A DNA stretch of 64,000 nt from Eubacteriales bacterium (GTDB lineage: Bacteria > Bacillota > Clostridia > Oscillospirales > CAG-272), in the NCBI GenBank assembly GCA_045612105.1, contig JAZKYL010000153.1, positions 14,832 to 78,831 on the forward strand. The letters run 5' to 3'. Positions 20,063-30,734 of this stretch are shown here, piece after piece. Position 1 is the first letter of the stretch. Every line of letters begins with the position of its first letter. The position numbers and the translations under genes were made by a program. The notes under the pieces are model-generated. The model did no database searches. It was not told where the DNA came from and worked only from the letters and a program-made list of their open reading frames with translations.

Positions 20063-20731
20063 TTATATTCTCTTAACAACTTCCCCTTGCTTTTTATATA
20101 TCGAGCCCTCGGGGACCACTCCTCTCACAGAGGAGAGTGGGTAAACAGAGGAATTTCTACCGATGACGGTTCCGGGATTAAGCACCGAGCCACAACCGAC
20201 CTCTACAAAGTCGCCAAGCATCGCTCCCACCTTTTTTCTTCCGGTCTCGATCTTCTCACCGTCATAGTTCTTTATAACTACGAGAGTTTTATCGCTCTTG
20301 ACGTTACTGGTGATCGAGCCTGCGCCCATATGAGATTTATAGCCTAAAATACTGTCACCGACGTAGTTATAGTGAGGTACCTGCACGTTATCAAAAATTA
20401 TGCAGTTTTTAAGCTCTGTGGAGTTACCAACTACGCAGTTCTCACCAACAAGCACGCTGCCGCGAATGAACGCGCCCGGTCTCACCTCGGTATTATGACC
20501 GATAATGCAAGGACCCTCGATATAATTGTTGGGATATATCTTCGCGCTCTTTGAGATCCAGACGTTTTCACCTGTCTTTTCGTAAAGAGTGGGATCAAGT
20601 GTCTCACCAAGACCAACTATCATTTCTTTAATTCCCGCAAGGGCTTCCCAAGGATAGGTGAATCCTTCGAGATAGCCTTTTGCTTGAGTGTGTGTCAGAT
20701 CGTAAAGATCGGTAATTTTGATATTAGACAT
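20063..20731 (-). CDS. left-handed beta-helix (hexapeptide repeat) acyltransferase, GlmU C-terminal-like
   Basis: 222 aa with repeated [LIV]G-x4 hexapeptide periodicity (IGHNTEVRPGAFIRGSVLVGENCVVGNSTELKN). Confidence 0.75.
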   Translation of the reverse strand: MSNIKITDLYDLTHTQAKGYLEGFTYPWEALAGIKEMIVGLGETLDPTLYEKTGENVWISKSAKIYPNNYIEGPCIIGHNTEVRPGAFIRGSVLVGENCVVGNSTELKNCIIFDNVQVPHYNYVGDSILGYKSHMGAGSITSNVKSDKTLVVIKNYDGEKIETGRKKVGAMLGDFVEVGCGSVLNPGTVIGRNSSVYPLSSVRGVVPEGSIYKKQGEVVKRI

Positions 20732-20751
20732 AGTTTTTCTCCTAATATAAT

Positions 20752-23142
20752 TTATTTTAATTCAACGATAGTAACACCGCCGTCACCCTCTCCGAACTGA
20801 CCTATTCGGAAGCTGGATATACGCTTGTCTCCTTTGAGGAACTTCCAAAGGGCGGTTTTCAGCGCACCTGTTCCCTTTCCGTGGATAAGTCTGACACATC
20901 TGATATTCGCTAAGGTCGCCTCATCGAAGTATTTATCAACCGCCAGCCAAGCCTCATCACCCGTCATACCGCGAAGATCGATCTCATCCTTGAAGGTAGT
21001 GACTCGGGAGACCGTATATGAGGAAGCTTTGATCTTTTTATCACCGCTTATGACCTTAGGCTCGTTTTCCTTCAAGCGGAGATTCTTGATATTGACTCTC
21101 GTCTGCAAAATGCCCGCCTGAACTCTCACATTGCCTGACTTATCGGGGTCCTCGAGCAAGGTTGCGTCGCTTCCAAGGGTTACGATAGTTACCTCGTCGC
21201 CCTTTTTCAGCTTTCTCGGCAGAACGTAATTCTCATCGACCTTCGGCTTCTCGACGGGGTCGAATTTTTCGGAATTCTCTCTCCAGTGATCTCTGACAGC
21301 CCGTCTTGCTCTGTCAAGCTCGTCGCCGAGTCTATCGGATTCCTTTGCCTTGCGCACTTTATCCATCTGCTCCATAATGAAGTCGCTGGATGCTTTTGCG
21401 CTTGTCACCATTGAGACAGCTTTTTGTCTTGCCTTTTCAAGCTCACGCTCACTCTCGGTAAGTCTTTCTTTTATCTTTTTTTCGGATTCCTGCTTGAATC
21501 TTTCGTAATCTGCCCTCATTTGCTCGGTCTCCTCGCGCGCTTTGTCCATTTCAAGACGGCTGCACTCAAGCTGACCGATTATATCCTCAAACTTTCTGTT
21601 ATCGGTACTGATATAGTTTTCAGCGTTATTGATGATCTCCTTGGACAATCCCAGTTTCTCAGAAATCGCGAAAGCATTGGATTTACCAGGAGTTCCGATT
21701 ATCAGCTTATATGTGGGCTTCAGGGTCTCGACGTCGAATTCGCAGGAAGCGTTGCAAACTCCCTCTGTGTCAAGCGCGTAAGCCTTCAGCTCGGCATAGT
21801 GGGTGGTCGCCGCGCACATAGCGCCCTTACTTCTAACATAATCGATAATAGAAACCGCAAGCGCCGCGCCCTCTACGGGGTCGGTTCCAACTCCCAACTC
21901 GTCGAAAAGCACCAGAGAACGGTCATTTACCGAGTCCATAAAGGAAACGATATTTACCATATGCGACGAAAAAGTAGAAGGCGACTGCTCGATACTCTGC
22001 TCGTCTCCAATATCAACGAGAACGTTATCGCATACCGTAACCACGCTACCCTCGTCCGCGGGAATGTGAAGCCCTGCCTGGGTCATAAGAATGAACAAGC
22101 CAAGGGTCTTAAGAGTTACTGTCTTACCGCCGGTATTAGGACCGGTAATTATCATAGTATCGTAGCCCTCGCCAAGTCTCACGTTGATCGGCACTACTCT
22201 GTCCTTATCGATAAGGGGGTGTCTCGCGCGCTTTAATTCAACGGTTCTTTCCTCTGTCACTGTGGGGGCAGACGCGTTCATCGCTATGGACATCTGGGCG
22301 CAGGCAAAGGCAAACGCCAGCTCGGTGATATTTCTGTAATTGAGCCAAATAGCGTCGGAGCTTTCCGCAACCTGTGCTGAGAGAGCCGAAAGGATCTTTT
22401 CGATCTCGTGCTGTTCCTTTGATTCGAGGACGCGCAGCTCGTTGTTGGCTTCCACCACCGCCACGGGCTCTACGAATATAGTTGCGCCCGAAGACGAGGT
22501 GTCGTGAATAAGTCCTTTGACCTCATTCTTGCACTCTGCTTTAACAGGGATAACGTATCTGCCGTTACGCATGGTTACGATGTTTTCCTGCAGGTATTTA
22601 GCGTGTGAGCCTCCCTGAACGTATTTTTGCAGAGTTTCTTTTATTTTATTGTTGGTAATTCTTATCTGTCTGCGAATATTTGCCAGCGTATCGGATGCCT
22701 CATCGGCGATAAGCTCTTCAGAGATTATTGATCGGCTTATCTTTTCCTCAAGGGTTCTGTGAGGCATAAGGCGGTCGAATATCTCGTCAAGCACCGTGTC
22801 AAAAAGATGGTTGCCGTGGCAGTAGTCGTAAAGCATTCTTGCGGTACGCAAAACCGAAGCGATAGCAAGCAGCTCACCCGGTGAGAGTGTAGCTCCCTTG
22901 TCAGCTCTTTCGCAGGACTCCGACACGTCCTTGACCATACCAAACGAGGGCATTCCCTTCGCATCGCACAGCCTTCTGGCATCGGTAGTTCTTCTCTGCT
23001 TCTTTAATACCGTCTCGATATCGTCTGAAGGTACAAGAAGCTTTGCTGACATTTTCGAGCCCTCTGTGGGGGCATAGGTTGCCAGCATTTCACAGATCTT
23101 ATCAAATTCAAGTGAATGTAATGTTTTTTCGTTAAAGCTCAT
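20752..23142 (-). CDS. mutS2: endonuclease MutS2 (MutS domain V ATPase plus C-terminal Smr)
   Basis: Walker A GPNTGGKT, STFSSHM, DELGVGTDP. C-terminal Smr domain (LIHGKGTGALK). Confidence 0.93.
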   Translation of the reverse strand: MSFNEKTLHSLEFDKICEMLATYAPTEGSKMSAKLLVPSDDIETVLKKQRRTTDARRLCDAKGMPSFGMVKDVSESCERADKGATLSPGELLAIASVLRTARMLYDYCHGNHLFDTVLDEIFDRLMPHRTLEEKISRSIISEELIADEASDTLANIRRQIRITNNKIKETLQKYVQGGSHAKYLQENIVTMRNGRYVIPVKAECKNEVKGLIHDTSSSGATIFVEPVAVVEANNELRVLESKEQHEIEKILSALSAQVAESSDAIWLNYRNITELAFAFACAQMSIAMNASAPTVTEERTVELKRARHPLIDKDRVVPINVRLGEGYDTMIITGPNTGGKTVTLKTLGLFILMTQAGLHIPADEGSVVTVCDNVLVDIGDEQSIEQSPSTFSSHMVNIVSFMDSVNDRSLVLFDELGVGTDPVEGAALAVSIIDYVRSKGAMCAATTHYAELKAYALDTEGVCNASCEFDVETLKPTYKLIIGTPGKSNAFAISEKLGLSKEIINNAENYISTDNRKFEDIIGQLECSRLEMDKAREETEQMRADYERFKQESEKKIKERLTESERELEKARQKAVSMVTSAKASSDFIMEQMDKVRKAKESDRLGDELDRARRAVRDHWRENSEKFDPVEKPKVDENYVLPRKLKKGDEVTIVTLGSDATLLEDPDKSGNVRVQAGILQTRVNIKNLRLKENEPKVISGDKKIKASSYTVSRVTTFKDEIDLRGMTGDEAWLAVDKYFDEATLANIRCVRLIHGKGTGALKTALWKFLKGDKRISSFRIGQFGEGDGGVTIVELK

Positions 23143-23143
23143 T

Positions 23144-25048
23144 TCAATTATAAATAATCGTATTCTCTTTTATTTTTTCTTTAATTCCATTGGCAAGGGA
23201 TATATGATCCAGACCTGCCGCCTCAAGATAATTCTCTCCCGCTTTTCTCATAATGAAGGGATCTCTTATGGCGAAAATTTCGTGTCCAATTCCGTTAACA
23301 AAGCCCTTTTTACGCAAATGCTCCCAAAGGGTCATTCCAAAACCGCCGTTTTCGATCTCTTCTTCAACAAAAAACAGATTTTGGGGCTTTATTTCAGTGA
23401 TCATACTTCCTATATCTTCGGCAAGAGCATCATAAGGAGCGATATACTCGCAAAGCAATATTCCTACGTCAACACCGCACTCACAAAGCAACTTTTTCGC
23501 TTTCAGACACTCTACTGCAATGCGTCCGTGAGTAATAATAAGATTCTTCGGCATTTGATCAATCGAAAAATCACGTCTCACTCCGATTATTTCGTTTTTT
23601 TCGCGATAAAAAGCATTTATGACCGCTTCGTTCTCGCCACCTGCGGGATAACGAATAAGTGATGGGCAATCACTCGCCAAAGATCCCTTCAACGATAAGC
23701 GAAGCCCGTCGTAGGTCACGGGGGTATAAATATTTATTCCCGGGATATGTGAAGTAAATGCTACGTCGAAGATTCCGTGGTGAGTCGCCCCGTCGGCATT
23801 ATTAAATCCCACTCTGTCAACGCAAAACACCATAGGAAGCTTTTGAAGCGCCACGTCGTGTATCATCTGGTCGTAGCTTCTCTGCAAAAACGACGAATAG
23901 ACGGCAAACACCGGCTTATATCCATTTGCCGCAAGACCAGCTCCAAAGGTGACCGCGTGTTCCTCGGCAATTCCAACGTCAAAAAATCTTTCGGGAAACT
24001 CTGAAGCAAATCCGTCAAGTCCGGTCCCCGAGCTCATAGCGGCGGTGATAGCGCATATTTTGTTGTCCTCACGGGCAAGATTACATAGCTCGTTACCCAT
24101 TTCCTTGGAAAAGCTGCTTTCGCTTATTGGGGCATCTAACGGGCGAAGTCCGTGATACTTATCGGGATTTTCCTCGGCAAGAGCATATCCTTTACCTTTT
24201 TTTGTCTTCAAATGAACAAGAACGCTCTCACCCGCTCCCTTGGCCGCTTCAAGCAGAGATTCAACGTCACGGTAATCATTTCCGTTGGCAGGTCCGAGAT
24301 AATAAAGCCCCATATCCTCGAAATAATTACTTCCGTAAAGCTTATTCTTCAAGGACTTTTTAGCATCTCTGATCTTACAGAAGGTCCAGTTACCAATAAG
24401 CGGTATTTTTTTTATAAACGAGACAGTCGCTTTCTTTGCCTTGAAATACCCTCTCTTTCGGCGAAGCTTAGCGATGCTCATTGCAAACCTGCCGATATTC
24501 TTTGAGATAGACATCTCGTTTTCATTAAGGATTATGATAAGCTTAAGATCCTTTTCGCAGTTGTTCAGAGCCTCGTGGATCATTCCTCCCGTAAAGGCAC
24601 CGTCACCAAACACTACAACAGTATATGCGTCACTGCCCGAAAGCTTATCGGACAATGCAAAACCAAGTCCGGCAGAAAGCGACGTGGAGCTATGACCCGC
24701 GCCGAAGCAATCGTATTCGCTCTCGTCTCGATTTGTAAACCCGGTAATGCCGCCTGCGCGACGTAAGGTATCGAATTTTTCATATCTTCCGGTCAAAAGC
24801 TTATGTGTATAGCTCTGATGACCTACGTCAAATATTATATGATCCTTCGGGCAATCAAATACCCTGTGTATGGCAACGGTCAACTCAACCACACCAAGAT
24901 TTGATGCCAGATGTCCGCCGTTTTTCTCGGTAGTAGAAACGATCTTTTCACGTATTTCCGCACAAAGATCGCCGATTTCGGTCTCATTAAGTTTTTTAAG
25001 ATCCTCGGGAGAATTCACTCTGCCGAGAAATTTGTATTCACTTTCCAC
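23144..25048 (-). CDS. dxs: 1-deoxy-D-xylulose-5-phosphate synthase
   Basis: GHLASNLGVVELT, DVGHQSYTHK, the TPP-binding GDGAFTGGM motif, and a transketolase-like C-terminus. Confidence 0.93.
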   Translation of the reverse strand: MESEYKFLGRVNSPEDLKKLNETEIGDLCAEIREKIVSTTEKNGGHLASNLGVVELTVAIHRVFDCPKDHIIFDVGHQSYTHKLLTGRYEKFDTLRRAGGITGFTNRDESEYDCFGAGHSSTSLSAGLGFALSDKLSGSDAYTVVVFGDGAFTGGMIHEALNNCEKDLKLIIILNENEMSISKNIGRFAMSIAKLRRKRGYFKAKKATVSFIKKIPLIGNWTFCKIRDAKKSLKNKLYGSNYFEDMGLYYLGPANGNDYRDVESLLEAAKGAGESVLVHLKTKKGKGYALAEENPDKYHGLRPLDAPISESSFSKEMGNELCNLAREDNKICAITAAMSSGTGLDGFASEFPERFFDVGIAEEHAVTFGAGLAANGYKPVFAVYSSFLQRSYDQMIHDVALQKLPMVFCVDRVGFNNADGATHHGIFDVAFTSHIPGINIYTPVTYDGLRLSLKGSLASDCPSLIRYPAGGENEAVINAFYREKNEIIGVRRDFSIDQMPKNLIITHGRIAVECLKAKKLLCECGVDVGILLCEYIAPYDALAEDIGSMITEIKPQNLFFVEEEIENGGFGMTLWEHLRKKGFVNGIGHEIFAIRDPFIMRKAGENYLEAAGLDHISLANGIKEKIKENTIIYN

Positions 25049-25182
25049 GAGCGATCCTCCTTTCGATAAAATAAATAATATTTATATTATTATATCACTT
25101 TTCATTTAAATTGTAAAGAGGTTTCTAGAATAATCAAAAAAATACTAAAAAAGGTTGGGTTGCCCCAACCTTCTTTATGTAA

Positions 25183-25590
25183 TTACTTTGCAGCCTTAAC
25201 AGCATTCTTGTGACCAAACCAGATCATATTTCCGGACTGCTTGATCTCGTAATCGCTCTCTTTTTCCTTGTCCTTGTTCTCGGTAAAGTACTTTTCTACG
25301 CCTTCCCAAGCGGTAGCAGCTGCATCCTTATCCTCGTAGTAAATAACAACTACTGCCTCAGTAGCATCTTCCTTATTTACACCGGTTACAACGGTCTCAA
25401 CACCCTTACCTGCCCAAACAAACGCAAGAAGTCCTATACCATCAAGCTTTTCAGCAGCATATCCGTTCTTTTCAAGAGCTTCTTTAGCCTTATCGGGATC
25501 GGAGTTAGGACCGCCGCAGGATACCAGTGCGAAGCACATCATAACAGCAATGAGAGAAAGAGCAATGACTCTAATGATAGATTTTTTCAT
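25183..25590 (-). CDS. small lipoprotein, unknown function
   Basis: Start at MKKSIIRVIALSLIAVMMCFALVSCGG (lipobox LVSC); ATG 25588-25590. Confidence 0.7.
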   Translation of the reverse strand: MKKSIIRVIALSLIAVMMCFALVSCGGPNSDPDKAKEALEKNGYAAEKLDGIGLLAFVWAGKGVETVVTGVNKEDATEAVVVIYYEDKDAAATAWEGVEKYFTENKDKEKESDYEIKQSGNMIWFGHKNAVKAAK

Positions 25591-25689
25591 GTCAAAAAAT
25601 CTCCTTTCTGAAATTGGTACTATAATTATATAATTTTTTGAAAGATTTGTCAAGGGATTTTTCACAAAAAAATCACAAAGCTGTCAAAT

Positions 25690-27291
25690 TTAAGATTTGT
25701 TAAGGAATTTAACCTTTACTTTAAAATACACTTGTAGCATAAGCAATCCCGCAATATATACGGCGCATAAAACCACAAAAAGATTTCCCAAAACGGAATA
25801 TAATGTAACGTTATTTCTCAAATAAACGTTGGAAACAACATAGCCTCGTTCAAGCGCGTCAAGCTCCTCCACAACATTACCCATAGGATCGATTATTGAC
25901 GAAACTCCCGTATTTGCGGAACGCACCACATATCTTCCACTCTCAATAGCACGGAGACGGGACTGACCGTTATGCATATCAAGAGCCGCGCTGTCGCTGA
26001 ACCATGAGTCATTGGTAGAGATCGCAATTATCTCGGCTCCGTTATCAAGTGCTCCCAGAATTACCGATTCATAAATTGAATCAAAGCAGACGCCGCAACC
26101 AACTTTTCCGATATCGGTGTCAAGCACCACGCATTCCTCACCTGCCATAAGATCGTCATCAAGCATTCCAACGTTAGCGAGCGGAGGAATCAAAAACATT
26201 ACGATATCACGCATAGGCACAAACTCGCCAAACGGAACAAGCCTTTGCTTGGAATAAACTGCCTCACCTATGCTTCCGTCGGGTCTTATCTCGATCATAG
26301 AGTTTGAAAGATTAGTCGTTCCATCATTTTTTGTAAAAGCGGAAACGATTATCGTCACGCCGTTTTCTTTGGCAAGAGTGGTAACGAAACTTGTAAGATC
26401 TTTGTTTTCAAGCAAAACGTAAGGCAGTGCGGTTTCGGGCCAGACAACAAGGTCTGCTCCGTCATTTGCTGCACTTTCGGTGAGATCGGTATAAATCTCA
26501 AGAGTATTTTCAAGACTGTTTGAATCCCATTTATCACTTGAAGAGATATTTCCCTGCGCCGCCGCTACGCGACAAAGTCTTCCATCGGTCTCATTATAGG
26601 TGAGAGTTACTAACGTACCAAGTGCTAAATTAAGACAGAAAAGACCGACGGCAACAGTCGAAGCGCTCTTGCGGAAATCCTTATGAAGTATTACCATAGC
26701 TAAGCAGAAGTTGACCGCCAGTATGACAAAGGTCACAAAATACGATCCGAAAAGCGCGGAGCTGCGGACAAACAGAGGGACGTCAATCTGACCGAGCGGT
26801 ATTCTTCCCCACGGAACTCCCCACCAGCCGATAGTCTGCCACCACTCGGCGACAACCCACACGGCAGCACCTAAGAACGGCAAGAAAAATCTGTGTTTTT
26901 TTACAAATTCGCATTTAGTCGCCGCGCCGAACAAAAGGAATGCCAAACCGCTCCAAAGAGCCTGAAACAGAGAAAGTCCAAAGCAAGCGACTACCACGAC
27001 CACCAAGGATGCGGCATTGTTAAGTCCCGCGAAATCCAACGGGTACATATAGAAGAACCAATGGAACGTTACGATGTAGTAGCTCCAGAAAAACAATAAT
27101 CCTCTGCCGTAGAATTTTCGCAGCTTAGCCCCCTCCTGGGCAGACCATAAAAGTGCTATCGCCGCAGGGATAAATGATATCCACTGTAAAAATCCCAAAG
27201 ACGTAAAAACCAACGGGAGCGACGACAAAAGACCGCTTAAAATCAGCATCAGCGGTATTTTTCTTTTTAAAAGAAATTCTTTCATTATCAT
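25690..27291 (-). CDS. lnt: apolipoprotein N-acyltransferase
   Basis: Polytopic N-terminus plus a CN-hydrolase domain carrying the E/K/C triad contexts VVWPETALP, YSKQRLVPFGEFVP, GCGVCFDSIY. Confidence 0.82.
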   Translation of the reverse strand: MIMKEFLLKRKIPLMLILSGLLSSLPLVFTSLGFLQWISFIPAAIALLWSAQEGAKLRKFYGRGLLFFWSYYIVTFHWFFYMYPLDFAGLNNAASLVVVVVACFGLSLFQALWSGLAFLLFGAATKCEFVKKHRFFLPFLGAAVWVVAEWWQTIGWWGVPWGRIPLGQIDVPLFVRSSALFGSYFVTFVILAVNFCLAMVILHKDFRKSASTVAVGLFCLNLALGTLVTLTYNETDGRLCRVAAAQGNISSSDKWDSNSLENTLEIYTDLTESAANDGADLVVWPETALPYVLLENKDLTSFVTTLAKENGVTIIVSAFTKNDGTTNLSNSMIEIRPDGSIGEAVYSKQRLVPFGEFVPMRDIVMFLIPPLANVGMLDDDLMAGEECVVLDTDIGKVGCGVCFDSIYESVILGALDNGAEIIAISTNDSWFSDSAALDMHNGQSRLRAIESGRYVVRSANTGVSSIIDPMGNVVEELDALERGYVVSNVYLRNNVTLYSVLGNLFVVLCAVYIAGLLMLQVYFKVKVKFLNKS

Positions 27292-27308
27292 AGGCTCCTT
27301 TTGGTGAT

Positions 27309-28310
27309 TTACTTATTGGACTCAATTATTTTCTCGATCTTCTCAAAAGCCCCTTGATATTCTTCAACAAACCAGACGTCGGTAGGATCAAGATTTACCT
27401 GCTTTCCGGATAGATAACCGAGGTAGCCCTCATCCTTGCCGAAATCGAAAATAAGGCGGTAGGAATAAAGAGCCTGATATTTATATCCGCGGGGCTTGTC
27501 TTCCTTATTCACACCATATTTTCCATCGCCAAGCAAAGGATGACCTATGTGCGCCATATGGGCTCTTATCTGGTGAGTTCTTCCTGTCACAAGCTCGACT
27601 TCAATCAGCGAGCTGTCGCGTCGAGTGGCAAGCACCTTGTACTTGGTGATAATATTCTTGTAGCCATCCTTGGGCTTATCGGAAATCGTTACAAGATTGT
27701 CAGCACTGTTCTTTTTTAGGTATCCCGTAAGGGTGTCGGACATCTTCTGCGGCTTGCCGTGAACTGCGCAGAGATAGAACTTTCTGATCTCGTCGTTTTT
27801 GATCTTTTCGTTCATTACTCTGAGAGCCTCGGCATTCTTCGCCGCGATAACGATACCGCCCGTGTTTCGGTCAATTCGGTTGCAAAGCGCGGGAGCAAAG
27901 GACTGCTCCTCGTCGGGGTCATACTCACCTTTTTGATAAAGATATGCCTTGATATGCATTATGAGGGTATTTTCCTTTGCGCTATCGTCCTCGTGGACCA
28001 GCACCCCGGGACGCTTATTGCACAAAATTATATTGTCGTCCTCATAAACAATATCAAGCTTGGGTGTAATTCTCGCAAGGGCTCCGTCGTCCTTTTCGGG
28101 CGAGCCGAAGAATTCGTCTCTTATAAAGAGCTGTATTTCGTCGCCTTCTTCAAGTATCTGCTTTTGCTCGCACCGCTTGCGGTTGACCTTTATCTTTTTC
28201 GTTCTTATGTACTTATACATAAGCGACGCAGGTAGCCCCTTGACGGCTTTCGTAAGAAATTTGTCAAGTCTCTGCCCCGCGTCGTATTTGTTAATTTTCA
28301 ATATTTGCAT
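27309..28310 (-). CDS. RluA-family 23S rRNA pseudouridine synthase with S4 domain
   Basis: RLDKFL S4-like N-terminus, catalytic NRIDRNTGG motif, GRTHQIRAH. Confidence 0.88.
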   Translation of the reverse strand: MQILKINKYDAGQRLDKFLTKAVKGLPASLMYKYIRTKKIKVNRKRCEQKQILEEGDEIQLFIRDEFFGSPEKDDGALARITPKLDIVYEDDNIILCNKRPGVLVHEDDSAKENTLIMHIKAYLYQKGEYDPDEEQSFAPALCNRIDRNTGGIVIAAKNAEALRVMNEKIKNDEIRKFYLCAVHGKPQKMSDTLTGYLKKNSADNLVTISDKPKDGYKNIITKYKVLATRRDSSLIEVELVTGRTHQIRAHMAHIGHPLLGDGKYGVNKEDKPRGYKYQALYSYRLIFDFGKDEGYLGYLSGKQVNLDPTDVWFVEEYQGAFEKIEKIIESNK

Positions 28311-28402
28311 AATTAATAATTAAAGCTATCTTTTTAAGGTTTTTGGGGGAGGTGCGGAACCCCTTTTTATCTAAAAAGAGGTTCCGCAATCTCATCAAAA
28401 TC

Positions 28403-29032
28403 TTATAAAGTACCGAAAATTCTGTCGCCTGCGTCACCGAGACCGGGAACTATGTAGGCGTGGTCATTAAGCTTTTCGTCAAGCGCAGCGGTGAAGATAT
28501 CAACGTCGGGATGATCCTCCTGAACCTTTGCAACACCCTCGGGAGCGGCAACGAGGCACATAAACTTGATGTGAGTACAGCCCGCCTCCTTCAGCTTTGT
28601 AAGAGCGTCACTTGCACTGCCACCTGTTGCAAGCATAGGGTCAACGAGAATAACGATTCTCTGGTCGATATCTGCGGGAAGCTTGCAGTAGTATGTAACG
28701 GGCTGATGGGTCTCGGGATCACGGTAAAGACCGATATGACCTACCTTGGCAACGGGAACAAGGTCGAGAAGTCCGTCTACCATACCGATACCCGCTCTGA
28801 GGATAGGAACGATAGCAAGCTTCTTACCCGAAATAGTATAAGCCTTGGTCTTCTGGATGGGGGTCTCGATGGTTATCTCCTCAAGGGGGAGATCTCTTGT
28901 CAGCTCGTAGCCCATAAGCATAGCGATCTCGTTGAGGAGCTCTCTGAAATCCTTTGAGCCGGTCTTCTTATTTCTCATAATGGAAAGCTTGTGCTGAACA
29001 AGGGGATGATCTACAACATGAAGTGTACTCAT
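28403..29032 (-). CDS. upp: uracil phosphoribosyltransferase
   Basis: 209 aa. HPLVQHKL start, [19 protein letters not shown] motif, [12 protein letters not shown]. Confidence 0.95.
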   Translation of the reverse strand: MSTLHVVDHPLVQHKLSIMRNKKTGSKDFRELLNEIAMLMGYELTRDLPLEEITIETPIQKTKAYTISGKKLAIVPILRAGIGMVDGLLDLVPVAKVGHIGLYRDPETHQPVTYYCKLPADIDQRIVILVDPMLATGGSASDALTKLKEAGCTHIKFMCLVAAPEGVAKVQEDHPDVDIFTAALDEKLNDHAYIVPGLGDAGDRIFGTL

Positions 29033-29174
29033 AGCAATATTTCCTTTCTGAATGTCAGAATTTATATTCTCATATAATTATAACTCATATTTTTATCTTT
29101 TTCAAGAGCTTTTTTTATTTTGTTGAAAAAATATCTTTTTTTATACAAAAAAATATCTTTTCTTATCACTACTA

Positions 29175-29203
29175 TTGACATTTTTCGGAATGAGATGTAT
29201 AAT
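29175..29203 (+). promoter_or_regulatory. sigma-70-type promoter for the esterase operon
   Basis: TTGACA (29175-29180), 17 nt spacer, TATAAT (29198-29203). Confidence 0.55.
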
Positions 29204-29243
29204 TTTATTATCAATTACCTTTTAAAGAAAGGATAACAACAAA

Positions 29244-30719
29244 ATGGATGATAAGCATAAGGTAGCGCTTCCCACAAGCGGCGAGACGGCAACAGATGAG
29301 AGTGCTGAAAGCACTTGGGATTGTCCCGAATTCAAGATCTCGGGCATTTTTTCGTCGCACATGGTGCTTCAGCGCGAAAAACCGATAAAAATTTGGGGAT
29401 TTTCCACTCACGTAGGAACGAAGGTGGCAGGACACTTTATGGGCGAGACCGCGACGGCAACGGTTGGCGAGGACAATCGCTTTGAGCTGCGTTTCTCTGC
29501 CCGTCCCGAGTGTACTGACCCCCAGATCATGATAATTTCCGACGAATTTGATCATATGGTAACCTTTGAGGATATTCTGATCGGTGACGTATGGATCATC
29601 GGCGGTCAGTCAAATGCGGAATTGCATTTACAGCCCTGCATGGCTCTGACTCCCAGCGTTGATTTTGACGAAAACGATAATTTCCGTCTTTTCTTCCAAC
29701 ACGGATGGAGCGGCATGGCACTTGGCAAGGAAAACAATGCCGTACAAAAGGATATTATCAATCCCGATTGGACCTGGCAGAGACCGGACAAAGAGAATTC
29801 GCTGAATTTCTCGGCGATCGGTTGGTATTTTGCGAAAGAGGTAACCAAGCACGTCGGCACGCCTATCGGTCTTGTTATGATGGCGGCGGGCGGTGTTTGT
29901 CTGCGTGAGCTTATGCCCGTAGACCTTGCAACCTCTCTCGGCTACACCAAAGGCGCAAACACAAGAATAGGCGGCGCATTCGACACACTTATTAACCCCA
30001 TAATTCCTTTGCCCTTCAAGGCGCAGATCTTCTTCCAGGGCGAGAGTGAGGGCTGCTGGTTCTCTTGCGCTAACAAATATGACACCGATCTTGAGGCATA
30101 CTTCAAGAACGAAAGAGAGCTTTTCGGTCAGCACTTCCCCGTCTACAACGTTCAGCTTTCGGAATACGGTGAGAACTGCAAAAAATATTTCCCCGCACTT
30201 GACATAGTACGCGTAAAACAGTTCGACGCTCTTTCTCTTATTGAGAATATGACTCTGACCGTTGATATGGATCTGGGTATCGTTGAGGGTTATGACTGGG
30301 CGCATTCTCCCAGAAAGATGGAGCTTGCCGAGCGACTTGCAAAGCTTGCTCTCGCCAAGGAATACGGCGTGGGGCTCGTAGTGGACGCGGTATCTCCACG
30401 TCCTATCTGCGCGTCACTTTCAACTGATAAGAGCGAGATCGTCATCGACTTCACCGACCTTGGCACGGGCCTTATCGTTACCGGACAAGATCCCAAAAAC
30501 AGTGTCGGTCTCTCGGTTGGCGGCTTCTCGGTGGGTCCCTACGAGGACAGAAAAGCAGCCGAGGCAACTATCACGTCCCGCGGGCAGGTCACCGTAAAGG
30601 TTCCCGAGGGCGCGGACACAAGTTTTGTTAACTATTGCTTTGCCATCAACGTCGATCCCGAGCTTTATAACGGCAACAATCTGCCCTGTCCCGCATTTGC
30701 AATTCCCGTTTCGGAATAA
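29244..30719 (+). CDS. SASA-family carbohydrate esterase (sialate O-acetylesterase-like)
   Basis: GDVWIIGGQSNAE catalytic-serine motif typical of the SGNH-like SASA/DUF303 esterases. Confidence 0.75.
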   Translation: MDDKHKVALPTSGETATDESAESTWDCPEFKISGIFSSHMVLQREKPIKIWGFSTHVGTKVAGHFMGETATATVGEDNRFELRFSARPECTDPQIMIISDEFDHMVTFEDILIGDVWIIGGQSNAELHLQPCMALTPSVDFDENDNFRLFFQHGWSGMALGKENNAVQKDIINPDWTWQRPDKENSLNFSAIGWYFAKEVTKHVGTPIGLVMMAAGGVCLRELMPVDLATSLGYTKGANTRIGGAFDTLINPIIPLPFKAQIFFQGESEGCWFSCANKYDTDLEAYFKNERELFGQHFPVYNVQLSEYGENCKKYFPALDIVRVKQFDALSLIENMTLTVDMDLGIVEGYDWAHSPRKMELAERLAKLALAKEYGVGLVVDAVSPRPICASLSTDKSEIVIDFTDLGTGLIVTGQDPKNSVGLSVGGFSVGPYEDRKAAEATITSRGQVTVKVPEGADTSFVNYCFAINVDPELYNGNNLPCPAFAIPVSE

Positions 30720-30734
30720 TATAGGAGGTTTATT

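Noticed and set aside
21424-22236. 270-aa plus-strand ORF
   Set aside because: Antisense to mutS2.
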